Origin: Allosphingosinicella sp.
GTDB lineage: Bacteria > Pseudomonadota > Alphaproteobacteria > Sphingomonadales > Sphingomonadaceae
Direction of reading: 5' to 3'
Assembly: GCA_035936615.1 (NCBI GenBank)
Contig: DASYWC010000195.1
Span: forward strand, 1 to 47,083
DNA length: 47,083 nucleotides
Numbering within the stretch: position 1 is the stretch's first letter; each line of letters starts with the position of its first letter. Shown here piece by piece: positions 21,286-30,129 of this stretch. The notes below the pieces were generated by a model, which saw nothing but the letters and a program-made list of their open reading frames with translations, ran no database searches and was not told where the DNA came from. The position numbers were made by a program, and so were the translations under genes.

Positions 21286-22062
21286 TTGGTGAGGCCGGTG
21301 AACAGGAGCTGGAACCACGATCGAACCAAGGCAGTGATCGGCGTCGCCGTCTTCCACGCATTGCTGGGCTACGGCCTGATCGCGGGGCTCGGTTTCCAGC
21401 TCCCGGAGCAGGTCACGGACAATTTCAAGGTCTTCGACGTCCCCAGGGAGGAGCCTCCTCCGCCGATAGTCGAACCGCCTGCTCCCAAGACCAAGGCGAA
21501 GGAGCCCGAAGGCGCGGCCTCGCCCCCGAACATCAAGTCCCGGCCGACGCCCGTCGTAGCTCCGCCTCCGAAAGTGCGCCTGAAGGTGCCGCCGAAGATC
21601 GTGACAGCGCCCAAGGCGCTCCCGGTGCCGCCGGGCAACGATCCGACCGCCGGCTCCTCCAACGTTGTAGGTCCGGGCACGGGCAGCGGCGGAACCGGCA
21701 CCGGAACCGGGAGCGGCGGCTCCGGCACCGGAAGCGGCGGCGGCGGTGACGGCGAGGGCGGCGGCCAGTTCCAGCCGGCGCGGCGCGAGCGCGGCGGCTT
21801 TACCCGCCAGGACTATAACCGGCTCGCCAAAGGCCGACAGGTAAACGGCAGGGTCTACGTGCGCTACACTGTGCGGCCTGACGGAGGGGTGAGCGGCTGC
21901 ACGATCACACGGCCGAGCGGCTGGCCGGATGTCGACTCAACAACTTGTCGGTTGATCGAGCAAAGATTCCACTACAAGCCCGCGACTGACCCGCAGGGTA
22001 GGCCTATTCCGTATGTGAAAAACACGTATTTCACGTGGAGCTATCTACCCATACCGGAGTAG
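21286..22062 (+). CDS. TonB-like energy transducer
   Basis: N-terminal TM with His, Pro-rich and Gly-rich linker, C-terminal G.V..C.I..SG..D..C..F.PA.D..G domain. Confidence 0.8.
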   Translation: MVRPVNRSWNHDRTKAVIGVAVFHALLGYGLIAGLGFQLPEQVTDNFKVFDVPREEPPPPIVEPPAPKTKAKEPEGAASPPNIKSRPTPVVAPPPKVRLKVPPKIVTAPKALPVPPGNDPTAGSSNVVGPGTGSGGTGTGTGSGGSGTGSGGGGDGEGGGQFQPARRERGGFTRQDYNRLAKGRQVNGRVYVRYTVRPDGGVSGCTITRPSGWPDVDSTTCRLIEQRFHYKPATDPQGRPIPYVKNTYFTWSYLPIPE

Positions 22063-22072
22063 CTGGCCGAGA

Positions 22073-22528
22073 CTAAGCCCGCCGCTCTCTGAAGAAACCT
22101 CGCAGTATGTCCGCTGCTTCGGCCTCACCGATCCCGGGGTACACTTCGGGGGCATGGTGGCAGGTGGGCTGGCCGAACAGCCTCGGACCGTTCACCACCG
22201 CGCCTCCCTTGGGATCGGCGGCGGCGAAGTAGAGGCGCGAGATCCGGGAGAGGGCGATCGCCCCCGCGCACATCGCGCACGGCTCGAGCGTCACCCACAA
22301 ATCGCATCCGTCGAGCCTGGACGAGCCCAGCGCCTGCCCGGCGGCGCGGATTGCGGCCATCTCCGCATGGGCGGTAGGGTCGGAGTTGGTGAGCATCCGG
22401 TTGCGCGCAGCCGCGATCACCTCGCCGGCCTTGGCTATCACCGCTCCCACGGGAACCTCTCCAGCGAGCGCGGCCTCACGCGCCTCATCCAGCGCGATAC
22501 GCATGGGTGGAGGGAGGGGAAACGCCAT
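22073..22528 (-). CDS. tadA: tRNA adenosine(34) deaminase
   Basis: GEVPVGAVI, DPTAHAE, VTLEPCAMC and DPKGG. Confidence 0.88.
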   Translation of the reverse strand: MAFPLPPPMRIALDEAREAALAGEVPVGAVIAKAGEVIAAARNRMLTNSDPTAHAEMAAIRAAGQALGSSRLDGCDLWVTLEPCAMCAGAIALSRISRLYFAAADPKGGAVVNGPRLFGQPTCHHAPEVYPGIGEAEAADILRGFFRERRA

Positions 22529-22582
22529 GCGGCCTGATTAGCGCCGCGCGGTAGCGGACGCCATCGCCGGGCTGCAGACAAT

Positions 22583-22621
22583 AAAAAACCGCGGCACGAC
22601 CCGTAAAGGATCGTGCCGCAG
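22583..22621 (-). terminator. Rho-independent terminator
   Basis: CTGCGGCACGATCC/GGGTCGTGCCGCGG stem followed by T6 on the minus strand. Confidence 0.8.
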
Positions 22622-22634
22622 CCTCACCCCGCTG

Positions 22635-22916
22635 TTATTCCTTGCCGTCTTCCTTCACTCCGACGACTGGAACGTCGACCGTGGTTTCCTTGGTCTGCAC
22701 GTCCACGTCGGGCACCTCGACCTGCGTCTCAGTGGTTCCGACGACGACTTCCTTGGCGTCCACGTCGAATGCCGGTGCCTGACCGCCCTGCGCGCTCACG
22801 TCGACGTCGGGGAGCTTGGCTTCCCTGGTCTGGTTCATGTCGAGGATGCCGGTCGCGAACAGGACCAGCAACACCAGAGCCGCGATCGCGAGCAGGATCA
22901 GAACAGTACGTGACAT
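22635..22916 (-). CDS. Small membrane-anchored hypothetical protein
   Basis: N-terminal TM; QT.E.KLPDVDV..GGQ.P; GGAGG RBS; own terminator. Confidence 0.75.
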   Translation of the reverse strand: MSRTVLILLAIAALVLLVLFATGILDMNQTREAKLPDVDVSAQGGQAPAFDVDAKEVVVGTTETQVEVPDVDVQTKETTVDVPVVGVKEDGKE

Positions 22917-22957
22917 AAGAATTCCTCCGTTTGAGCCCTTGAAGGCCTTCGACGCAC

Positions 22958-22982
22958 AACGCAGAATGGGCTATTCGGTTGC
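22958..22982 (-). promoter_or_regulatory. ECF-type promoter GCAAC-N16-CGTT
   Basis: About 40 bp upstream of the 22916 start; one mismatch to the EcfG consensus. Confidence 0.4.
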
Positions 22983-23114
22983 ACTACCGCAACGAACTCG
23001 GCGTGTCGCCTGTCTACGGTGGTACAGGGGTTCCAAGGTTGACGAAAGCGCCTTGTGCGGCTAATCGCGCCATCTTTCCGGGAGCGGACGCTTCCAAATC
23101 CAGGACGAGATGAA

Positions 23115-23420
23115 ATGTCGCGCATTTGCGAGCTGACCGGCAAGGGCCGGCTGGTCGGGAACAATGTTTCCCATGCCAATAACAAGACGAAGCGGACTTT
23201 CCTGCCGAATCTGCAGAACGTCACCTTGATGTCGGAGTCGCTGGGACGCGGAGTCAAGCTCCGGGTCTCGATGGCCGGGCTGCGCTCGGTCGAGCATGTC
23301 GGCGGCCTGGACAACTGGCTCGCCAAGACCTCGGACGAGAAGCTCAGCCTCACCGCCCGCCGCCTGAAGCGCGAGATCGCCAAGAAGGCTGCCGGCGCCG
23401 ACGCCGAGGCCTCAGCCTAA
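23115..23420 (+). CDS. rpmB: 50S ribosomal protein L28
   Basis: [31 protein letters not shown]. Confidence 0.97.
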   Translation: MSRICELTGKGRLVGNNVSHANNKTKRTFLPNLQNVTLMSESLGRGVKLRVSMAGLRSVEHVGGLDNWLAKTSDEKLSLTARRLKREIAKKAAGADAEASA

Positions 23421-23500
23421 GCTCACTAGCCCCGATAGCGGGCGCCTTCATTTTTCCATGAACGGCTGCTGACGGCGGCATTCAGACATCGCTCAAGCGT

Positions 23501-23621
23501 GAGGGTGGATAAGCAAACTCAGTCGGCACCCAGTGCCGCCAGTTGCTTACCAATCCCTCGAGTCGCGTAACGAGGGCGGGGGCCGGTGCTTTCTTGAAGG
23601 AGTGCCGGTCCCCATCTTTTT
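23501..23621 (+). ncRNA. Candidate structured RNA ending in a terminator
   Basis: Long imperfect hairpin at 23501-23559, an overlapping alternative hairpin CCCTCG/CGAGGG, then GGGGCCGGTGCT/AGTGCCGGTCCCC plus a T-tract. Confidence 0.35.
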
Positions 23622-23642
23622 GGCCAGCCTCGGCGCCTTTGC

Positions 23643-25478
23643 TCAGCCCTTCTGCGTATCGAACAGGCTTGCGAGCTGCTCGACCATCGTTCCGCCAAGC
23701 TGCTCCGCGTCCATGATTGTGACCGCGCGGCTGTAATAGCGGGTGACGTCGTGGCCGATTCCGATCGCGACCAGCTCCACCGGGGAGCGCGCCTCGATCC
23801 AGGCGATCACCTGCCGCAAGTGCCGCTCGAGATAGGTGCCCGAGTTCACCGACAGCGTGGAATCGTCGACCGGCGCTCCGTCGGAGATCACCATCAGCAC
23901 CCGCCGCTCCTCGGGTCGCGCGATCAGCCGCGCATGGGCCCAGAGCAGGGCCTCGCCGTCGATATTCTCCTTCAGCAGCCCCTCGCGCATCATCAGGCCC
24001 AGATTCTTGCGTGCCCGCCGCCAGGGCTCGTCCGCTTTCTTGTAGATGATGTGGCGAAGATCGTTGAGGCGCCCGGGGTTTGGCGGCCTCCCTTCAGCAA
24101 GCCAGCGCTCCCTCGATTGTCCCCCCTTCCAGGCGCGGGTCGTGAAGCCGAGTATCTCCACCTTTACTCGGCAGCGCTCCAGGGTGCGGGCCATGATGTC
24201 GGCGGAGATTGCCGCGATCGAAATGGGCCGCCCGCGCATCGAGCCCGAATTGTCGATCAGAAGGGTGACGACGGTGTCCCGGAAGTCGGTGTCCCGCTCG
24301 ATCTTGTAGGAGAGCGAATGCTCGGGGTTTATCACCACGCGGGCAAGCCGAGCCGCGTCGAGCATCCCCTCCTCCTGATCGAAATCCCAGCTCCTGCTCT
24401 GCTGAGCCATCAGCCGGCGCTGGAGTCGATTGGCGAGCTTGGTGACCGCGCCCTGCAGATGGACCAGTTGCTGGTCGAGATAGGATCGAAGCCGCCCAAG
24501 CTCGTCCTCGTCGCAAAGCTCGGTCGCCTCGACGAACTCGTCGAAGCGGTCCGTGAACACCTTATAGTCGAACTGCGGCGGAAGGTCCGACACAGGCCGG
24601 TTCGGCCGCACCGGGAGAACGCCCTCCTCGCCCTCCTCCCCGAGGCCCTCGTCGCCTTCCGCCATTTCCTGGTCGGAAAGGTCGCCCTCTCCCTCATCTT
24701 CGCCCGTCTCCCCCTGTTCGACTCGAAGGTCCGCGTCGCCTTCCGCGCCCGCGCCCTCCTCGTCGTTCTGGTCCTCGCCCTGGTCGCCCTCCTCCTGATC
24801 CTCGCCTTCGCCTTCCTCGCCCTCCGGCTCCTTGTCCGTCTCCAGATCGCCTTCGATCAGCTCCAGGTCCTGGAGCACCTTGGTCGCGAGCGCTGCAAAG
24901 GCGGCCTGGTCGTCGAGCGCCAAGCCCAAGGCGTCGAGATCGCTCCCAGCCTTTTCCTCGATCCATTCGGAGACGAGCTTCAGCCCCTCGCGCACCGATT
25001 CCGGCGGAGCCTGGCCGGTCAGGCGCTCGCGCACCATCAGCGCGATCGCGGTGGAAAGCGGCACTTCGTCCCGGTTTCGCGCGCGGCCGATCGGGTCGGT
25101 CCGCATCCGCATCTCGGTCACCCGGGCGAGGTTCGCCCGAACCCCCTCCATCGCGCGCGACCCAAGCGCCTCCACCCGCGCCTGCTCGGCCGCATCGAAG
25201 ACGGCGCGCGCGGTCTCGTCCAGCGGGGCTCCCCGCGAATGAAGCGCCGCATTGTGGTGCCTGAGCTTCAGAGCCGCCGCGTCGGCAAAACCCCGAGCCT
25301 CCGCCACCTCCCGCTCGGCAAGCGACCGGCCGGGCATCGGCACCTTGATGTTCTTGCCCGACGAGCTCGGAGCGTCCGCGGTGAACCCAAGCTCAAGCTC
25401 CGGCTCCCGAGCAATCGCGCGGCTGGCGCCGGTCAGGGCCTGGCGGAATGCCTCGAGCGGGTTGTCCTGGTTAGCCAA
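23643..25478 (-). CDS. cobT: Cobaltochelatase subunit CobT (vWA)
   Basis: [10 protein letters not shown], acidic linker, [24 protein letters not shown] and [11 protein letters not shown]. Confidence 0.96.
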   Translation of the reverse strand: MANQDNPLEAFRQALTGASRAIAREPELELGFTADAPSSSGKNIKVPMPGRSLAEREVAEARGFADAAALKLRHHNAALHSRGAPLDETARAVFDAAEQARVEALGSRAMEGVRANLARVTEMRMRTDPIGRARNRDEVPLSTAIALMVRERLTGQAPPESVREGLKLVSEWIEEKAGSDLDALGLALDDQAAFAALATKVLQDLELIEGDLETDKEPEGEEGEGEDQEEGDQGEDQNDEEGAGAEGDADLRVEQGETGEDEGEGDLSDQEMAEGDEGLGEEGEEGVLPVRPNRPVSDLPPQFDYKVFTDRFDEFVEATELCDEDELGRLRSYLDQQLVHLQGAVTKLANRLQRRLMAQQSRSWDFDQEEGMLDAARLARVVINPEHSLSYKIERDTDFRDTVVTLLIDNSGSMRGRPISIAAISADIMARTLERCRVKVEILGFTTRAWKGGQSRERWLAEGRPPNPGRLNDLRHIIYKKADEPWRRARKNLGLMMREGLLKENIDGEALLWAHARLIARPEERRVLMVISDGAPVDDSTLSVNSGTYLERHLRQVIAWIEARSPVELVAIGIGHDVTRYYSRAVTIMDAEQLGGTMVEQLASLFDTQKG

Positions 25479-25487
25479 CGCTTAGCC

Positions 25488-25588
25488 CCTCCCCTTGATG
25501 GGCAGGGGTTGGGGAGGGGTGATGCCCGACGCAGATCTCGGTCTCGCCCGACCTTCACCCCCACCAACCTCCCCCATCAAGGGGGAGG
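25488..25588. repeat. REP/RIME-like long palindromic intergenic element (type 1)
   Basis: CCTCCCCTTGATGGG...CCCATCAAGGGGGAGG outer arms; GGTTGGGGAGGGGTGA...TCACCCCCACCAACC inner arms. Confidence 0.7.
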
Positions 25589-25609
25589 CTGAGGAAGGAG
25601 TGCCTTGCA

Positions 25610-26614
25610 CTATGCCTTCCCCACCACGCTCTCCGGCAGGTCCTTGCCGAACACGCGCTGGTAATATTCGGCGACCAGCGGCCGCTCAGCCTCGTCGCAC
25701 TTGTTCAAAAAGGAGAGCCGAAAGGCGAAACCCACGTCCCCGAAGATCAGCGCGTTCTGCGCCCAGCTGATCACGGTGCGCGGGCTCATCACCGTCGAGA
25801 TGTCGCCGTTGATGAAGCCCTGGCGCGTCAAATCCGCCACCTTGATCATCTTCTCCACTTCCTGCCGCCCGCCCTCGTGGTCGTACTCGCCCGACTTGGC
25901 CAGAACGATCTGGGCCTCGGTGGCGGCGGGAAGATAGTTGAGCGTCACGATGATGTTCCAGCGGTCCATCTGGCCCTGGTTGATCTGCTGCGTGCCGTGA
26001 TAGAGGCCGGTAGTGTCGCCGAGGCCCACCGTATTGGTCGTCGCGAACAGGCGGAACCAGGGGTTGGGGCGGATCACCCGGTTCTGGTCGAGCAAAGTGA
26101 GCTTCCCCTCCGCCTCCAGAACGCGCTGGATGACGAACATCACGTCCGGGCGCCCCGCATCATATTCGTCGAACACCAAAGCGGTTGGGGTCTGAAGCGC
26201 CCAGGGCAGAAGCCCCTCGCGGAACTCCGTCACCTGCTGTCCGTCGCGAAGAACGATGGCGTCGCGCCCGATGAGGTCGATCCGGCTGATATGGGCGTCG
26301 AGGTTGATCCGGATCAGCGGCCAGTTGAGGCGCGCCGCGACCTGTTCGATATGGGTCGATTTGCCGGTGCCGTGATAGCCCTGGACCATCACCCGCCGGT
26401 TCTTTCCGAAGCCCGCGCAGATGGCCAGCGTCGTGTCGGGGTCGAACACATAGGTGGGGTCGAGGTCCGGCACCCGCTCGTCGGCTTCGCTGAACGCCGG
26501 CACCTCCATGTCGCTGTCCACCCCGAACAGCTCGCGCACCTTCACCACCTTGTCGGGCGCGTCCATCAAAGGCGTCGCTCGGCTGTCGGGACTGGCGTTA
26601 GGTAGGTCTGCCAT
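25610..26614 (-). CDS. cobS: Cobaltochelatase subunit CobS (AAA+)
   Basis: [32 protein letters not shown] and MSPRTV. Confidence 0.97.
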   Translation of the reverse strand: MADLPNASPDSRATPLMDAPDKVVKVRELFGVDSDMEVPAFSEADERVPDLDPTYVFDPDTTLAICAGFGKNRRVMVQGYHGTGKSTHIEQVAARLNWPLIRINLDAHISRIDLIGRDAIVLRDGQQVTEFREGLLPWALQTPTALVFDEYDAGRPDVMFVIQRVLEAEGKLTLLDQNRVIRPNPWFRLFATTNTVGLGDTTGLYHGTQQINQGQMDRWNIIVTLNYLPAATEAQIVLAKSGEYDHEGGRQEVEKMIKVADLTRQGFINGDISTVMSPRTVISWAQNALIFGDVGFAFRLSFLNKCDEAERPLVAEYYQRVFGKDLPESVVGKA

Positions 26615-26632
26615 CTACAATCTTTCTAACCG

Positions 26633-26752
26633 GTCCTTCGAGACCCACTTCGCCAAGCTCAGCGGCTTCTCAGGATGAGCGATAACAAATCAGCTCCCAC
26701 TCCGCTCATCCTGAGTAGGGACTGAGCCCGGCGAAGGCCCATACCGAAGGAC
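26633..26752. repeat. REP-like palindromic intergenic element (type 2)
   Basis: GTCCTTCG...CTCAGGATGAGCG / CGCTCATCCTGAG...CGAAGGAC. Confidence 0.7.
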
Positions 26753-26756
26753 GCTT

Positions 26757-27341
26757 TCAGGCAAAGGCCGGTCTGCTTTTCAGCTGCGTATAGGCCTCTA
26801 TGACGGCCTGCAACGCTTTCTCGTGGCTTCGGTCGCCGCCGTTGCGGTCTGGGTGATAGCGGCGGACGAGCTCGGTGTAGCGCTCCCTCAGCGCTCTGCG
26901 GTCGGTGTCGGTTCCGAGCCCCAGCACCCGAAGCGATTTGCGGTCTCCCTCGCTCAGCTCGCGCCCGTCCCTGCGCTGCTCGGGGCCGCGGCGGAAGCGG
27001 GCGCCGATCGCGTCCAGCGGGTCGGTGAAATCGGCCCATTTGGGCGGCGGCGAGCCGTTGACGGAAAAGGCGCGCGTCTGCCGCTCCCAGCCGCCATAGG
27101 GCGTCTGCGCCTCCTCTATCTCGTCGGTGCTCATGCCCTGGAAGTAGTTGTAGCCGGCGTTGAACGCCCGGACATGGTCGAGGCAGAGCCAGCGCCAGTC
27201 GCCCGGGCCGTCGAAGCCCGGCCGACGCTCGCCGGGAGCGCGGAATTCACCGGACTCCTCGCAGCCGGGATGGGAGCAGTGCCTCTCATGCCCCTCCACC
27301 CGCCCGTGGAATTTGCTTTCCCTCTTGCCCGAACTGGCCAA
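26757..27341 (-). CDS. J-domain (DnaJ-like) protein
   Basis: C..PGC...GEFRAP, WLCLDHVR.FN and C-terminal YHPDRNGG; start uncertain (27341 or 27359). Confidence 0.88.
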   Translation of the reverse strand: MASSGKRESKFHGRVEGHERHCSHPGCEESGEFRAPGERRPGFDGPGDWRWLCLDHVRAFNAGYNYFQGMSTDEIEEAQTPYGGWERQTRAFSVNGSPPPKWADFTDPLDAIGARFRRGPEQRRDGRELSEGDRKSLRVLGLGTDTDRRALRERYTELVRRYHPDRNGGDRSHEKALQAVIEAYTQLKSRPAFA

Positions 27342-27381
27342 CGCGACTGCCTTTCCCAACCGATCGCCCTATATAGGGCGA

Positions 27382-27666
27382 ATGAGCGATCCTTTAAGCG
27401 GCCAAATGACCGCGGAAATCACCAGACGCCTGACGCAGGCGCTCGATCCGACGCATCTGGAGGTGCGCAACGACAGCGCCTTGCACAGCGGCCACTCAGG
27501 GGACGACGGAAGCGGCGAAAGCCACTTCAGCGTGGATATCGTGGCGCCCGCCTTTGCGAGAATGAGCCGGGTGGCGCGGCAGCGGGCGGTGAACGCGGCA
27601 CTGGCAGACTTGCTAGCTGAGCGAATCCACGCTTTGGCCATCAAGGCGAGAGCGCCGGGGGAATAG
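27382..27666 (+). CDS. bolA: BolA family protein
   Basis: NDSALHSGH, GESHF, SRVARQR.V and IHALAI. Confidence 0.92.
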   Translation: MSDPLSGQMTAEITRRLTQALDPTHLEVRNDSALHSGHSGDDGSGESHFSVDIVAPAFARMSRVARQRAVNAALADLLAERIHALAIKARAPGE

Positions 27667-27683
27667 GCCGGGAAAGGCCAACC

Positions 27684-27760
27684 CGCTCGTCCCGAGCGTA
27701 GTCGAGGGGCGCTGGCACAGACTCCTCACATACGCCCCTCGACTTCGCTCGGGACGAGCG
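27684..27760. repeat. REP-like palindromic intergenic element (type 2-related)
   Basis: 28-bp arms CGCTCGTCCCGAGCGTAGTCGAGGGGCG / CGCCCCTCGACTTCGCTCGGGACGAGCG with one mismatch. Confidence 0.75.
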
Positions 27761-27785
27761 AAAAGGGTTTGGCTATAACTTCCCC

Positions 27786-28682
27786 ATGACCGACCTCCTC
27801 CTCCAGACCCTGCGCCCCACGACCCATGACCTCGGGGGGTTCAAGGTGCACCGCACCCTCCCCCACAAGGAGCGGACGACCGTCGGCCCGTTCATCTTCT
27901 TCGACCAGATGGGGCCTGCGCACCTTCCGCCGGGGGAAGGGCTCGACGTCCGGCCGCACCCGCACATCAACCTTGCGACGGTCACCTACCTGTTCGCAGG
28001 CGCGATCGACCACCGCGACTCCCTCGGCACGTTCCGGACCATCGAGCCCGGCGCGGTGAACCTGATGACCGCGGGTAAGGGCATCGTCCATTCCGAGCGC
28101 TCGCCTGCCCAGCTTCGCTCCGACGGGCCTGAGCTCAGCGGTATCCAGACCTGGCTCGCCTTGCCGCAGTCGAAGGAGGAGATGGACCCCGCATTCGAGC
28201 ACGTCTCGAAGGACGACCTGCCGTCGATCGAGGCCCAGGACGCGACCGCCCGCATCGTGATGGGAAGCCTCTGGGGCGCGACCTCCCCCGTCACCTGCCA
28301 CAGCGAGACCATCTACGCCGATCTCGCGCTTCGTCCGGGCGGAAGGGTGCCGATCGATCCGGGAGCCGACGAGCGCGCCATCTACCTAGCCGAAGGAGAT
28401 GCAAGCATCGACGGCCTGCCTCTGAAGCCCCACGTCCTCTACGTGCTCCGCCCCGGCATCGCCGCCACCCTCCGCTCGGAGCGCGGCGGTCACGTCATGT
28501 TGTGCGGAGGAGCCCCGATGGACGGCCCCCGCTTCGTCTGGTGGAACTTCGTCTCGTCGAGCCGCGACCGGATCCGTCAGGCGCGCGAGGACTGGAAGGC
28601 CCAGCGTTTCCCGGTCGTGCCCCAGGATGCCGAAGAGCGGATCCCGCTCCCCGAGGCAGCCAGGACCGTCAGCTACCCTTAG
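27786..28682 (+). CDS. Pirin family protein
   Basis: VGPFIFFDQMGP, RPHPHI, HRDSLG, MTAGKGIVHSE and WWNFVSS. Confidence 0.95.
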   Translation: MTDLLLQTLRPTTHDLGGFKVHRTLPHKERTTVGPFIFFDQMGPAHLPPGEGLDVRPHPHINLATVTYLFAGAIDHRDSLGTFRTIEPGAVNLMTAGKGIVHSERSPAQLRSDGPELSGIQTWLALPQSKEEMDPAFEHVSKDDLPSIEAQDATARIVMGSLWGATSPVTCHSETIYADLALRPGGRVPIDPGADERAIYLAEGDASIDGLPLKPHVLYVLRPGIAATLRSERGGHVMLCGGAPMDGPRFVWWNFVSSSRDRIRQAREDWKAQRFPVVPQDAEERIPLPEAARTVSYP

Positions 28683-28806
28683 GCGCGATCCGGCTTGACC
28701 GTGGCCCCGCCTCGGGGCAGTTTCGTACGGTCCAAATGTCGGAGCGAAGCGCCTGGTACTCACAGTTCTATCGATTGCTGCCTCCGCACAAGCAGCGGTT
28801 GCCCCA

Positions 28807-29157
28807 GTGCCACCACCTCCGCCTACGGGGTGCGATCCTTTCATGATTTTCTTTGACTGGGGAAGCACAGCCATACCTGCGCAATATCAGCAGACCATCG
28901 ACACCATCGTTTCCGCGCGGGAGAGCGTCAGATCTCACATCCAAGTAGTGGGTCACGCTGACTCTTCCGGCTCAAGTGCTTATAATCTGAGGCTGTCGCA
29001 CCGCCGAGCCAAATCCGTGGAAGCAGCCTTGATCGCCAAGGGATTTCCCAAGCAGCGGATCGTCACTGCAGGGCGTGGAGAGAGTAATGTCCTCGTGCAA
29101 ACTCCCGATGGTACCCCGGAGGCTAAAAACCGGATCGTTACGGTCTGCTTTTACTGA
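28807..29157 (+). CDS. Small OmpA-like peptidoglycan-binding domain protein (start uncertain)
   Basis: IFFDWGS, VGHADSSG, YNLRLSHRRA, GRGE and NR.V. The frame extends upstream into a signal-like stretch KRLVLTVLSIAASAQA that lacks an in-frame ATG. Confidence 0.8.
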   Translation: MPPPPPTGCDPFMIFFDWGSTAIPAQYQQTIDTIVSARESVRSHIQVVGHADSSGSSAYNLRLSHRRAKSVEAALIAKGFPKQRIVTAGRGESNVLVQTPDGTPEAKNRIVTVCFY

Positions 29158-29249
29158 TTAGCTAATCTCGGCCCATGGCAAACAGCTTGCGCCGGCAGCA
29201 GGCCGGCCCAAGTAAGTGAGTTCCTAGTCAGCTGGGCGGGGCCACCTAA

Positions 29250-30065
29250 TTATCCAGGGCAGTCTCCGAGCGCAAGAGCGACCTTCTGGCCCAAAGTGTC
29301 CCTGTCCCTGTCGTTTCTGTCATAGCCGTGCAACTCGTACTGATTCGTATCCTTCGGACCTGACGGCCCCAAGACATACTGGCGAAACTGTGCCACCTCG
29401 ATGCTCGCTTGGCTCGGTGACATCCCATGATCTGTTTCAAGCGAGCTTTTGATCATTTTCGCGGTTTCATCAAACGCGTACCAATCGCCCTTCCCGCCTG
29501 CTGCAGCGTCAGGTGTCGGGTACATCTTGAATTCCGGGTCGTTCTCGATGAATTGCCCCGCAGGATGCGAATGAACCATGGCAAGAACTTGGCCCCAGTT
29601 CTGAATGCCTGCGAAACTCGGCTGGACCCATGTAGGCCCGCCTAGGGTGACAGGTGCATGGTTGATGCTCCCGTCGGTGTCCCGGTAGATCAGTGCGCCA
29701 TACTCATTGGTGTCTTTGTCCGGCTTTGCCATGATCTCGGTAGCGACCCTGGCGGCCTGTTGCGATACCCGATAATCGCGCAGCTCTTGCGGAGTCATCT
29801 TGCTCGGGTCCCGGCAGTCCAGGTCTGGCGGCGTTGCTTCGCCCGTTTCATCGGCCGGGTCAATGCTGGCATCGCCCGATTCCGGCCCTCCCAGGCCTTC
29901 TCCTGAGCCTCCTCCTCCTGCCCCATAATCGGCGTAACCCTCGAAGGCATCGCCTCTGATGCGGCGGCCAACGACAACGATTTCCTGGCCTTCGCCGCCG
30001 ATGATCGCCTCGGCTTCCGCGTCGGTCAAAGGCCGCAGGGCCGAACTCTTGAATGGCAGTGTCAT
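29250..30065 (-). CDS. Double-glycine-leader protein with a TonB-box-like motif and a JAB/MPN-like (DUF4329-like) domain; putative secreted toxin/effector
   Basis: AAGGAG RBS before MTLPFKSSALRPLTDAEAEAIIGG|EGQEIVVVGRR; Gly/acidic linker; EYGALIY...VHSHP...YPTPD...GDW. Confidence 0.7.
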   Translation of the reverse strand: MTLPFKSSALRPLTDAEAEAIIGGEGQEIVVVGRRIRGDAFEGYADYGAGGGGSGEGLGGPESGDASIDPADETGEATPPDLDCRDPSKMTPQELRDYRVSQQAARVATEIMAKPDKDTNEYGALIYRDTDGSINHAPVTLGGPTWVQPSFAGIQNWGQVLAMVHSHPAGQFIENDPEFKMYPTPDAAAGGKGDWYAFDETAKMIKSSLETDHGMSPSQASIEVAQFRQYVLGPSGPKDTNQYELHGYDRNDRDRDTLGQKVALALGDCPG

Positions 30066-30129
30066 TTCTTCTCTCCTTGGCGCTTCGGGCGGGGAACGAG
30101 GATGTTTGCGCCGGGGCATCCTTCGTTTG

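Noticed and set aside
21680-21770. GGCAGCGGCGGAACCGGCACC-type repeats
   Set aside because: They simply encode the Gly/Ser/Thr linker of the TonB-like protein.
23643-26614. cobST as evidence of a B12 biosynthesis cluster
   Set aside because: No cobN or other cob genes are nearby; bolA-J-domain-cobS-cobT is a common alphaproteobacterial core arrangement.
29246-29440. 64-aa ORF as an immunity gene for the JAB protein
   Set aside because: It lies almost wholly inside the JAB gene in another frame, with no RBS or protein-like features.
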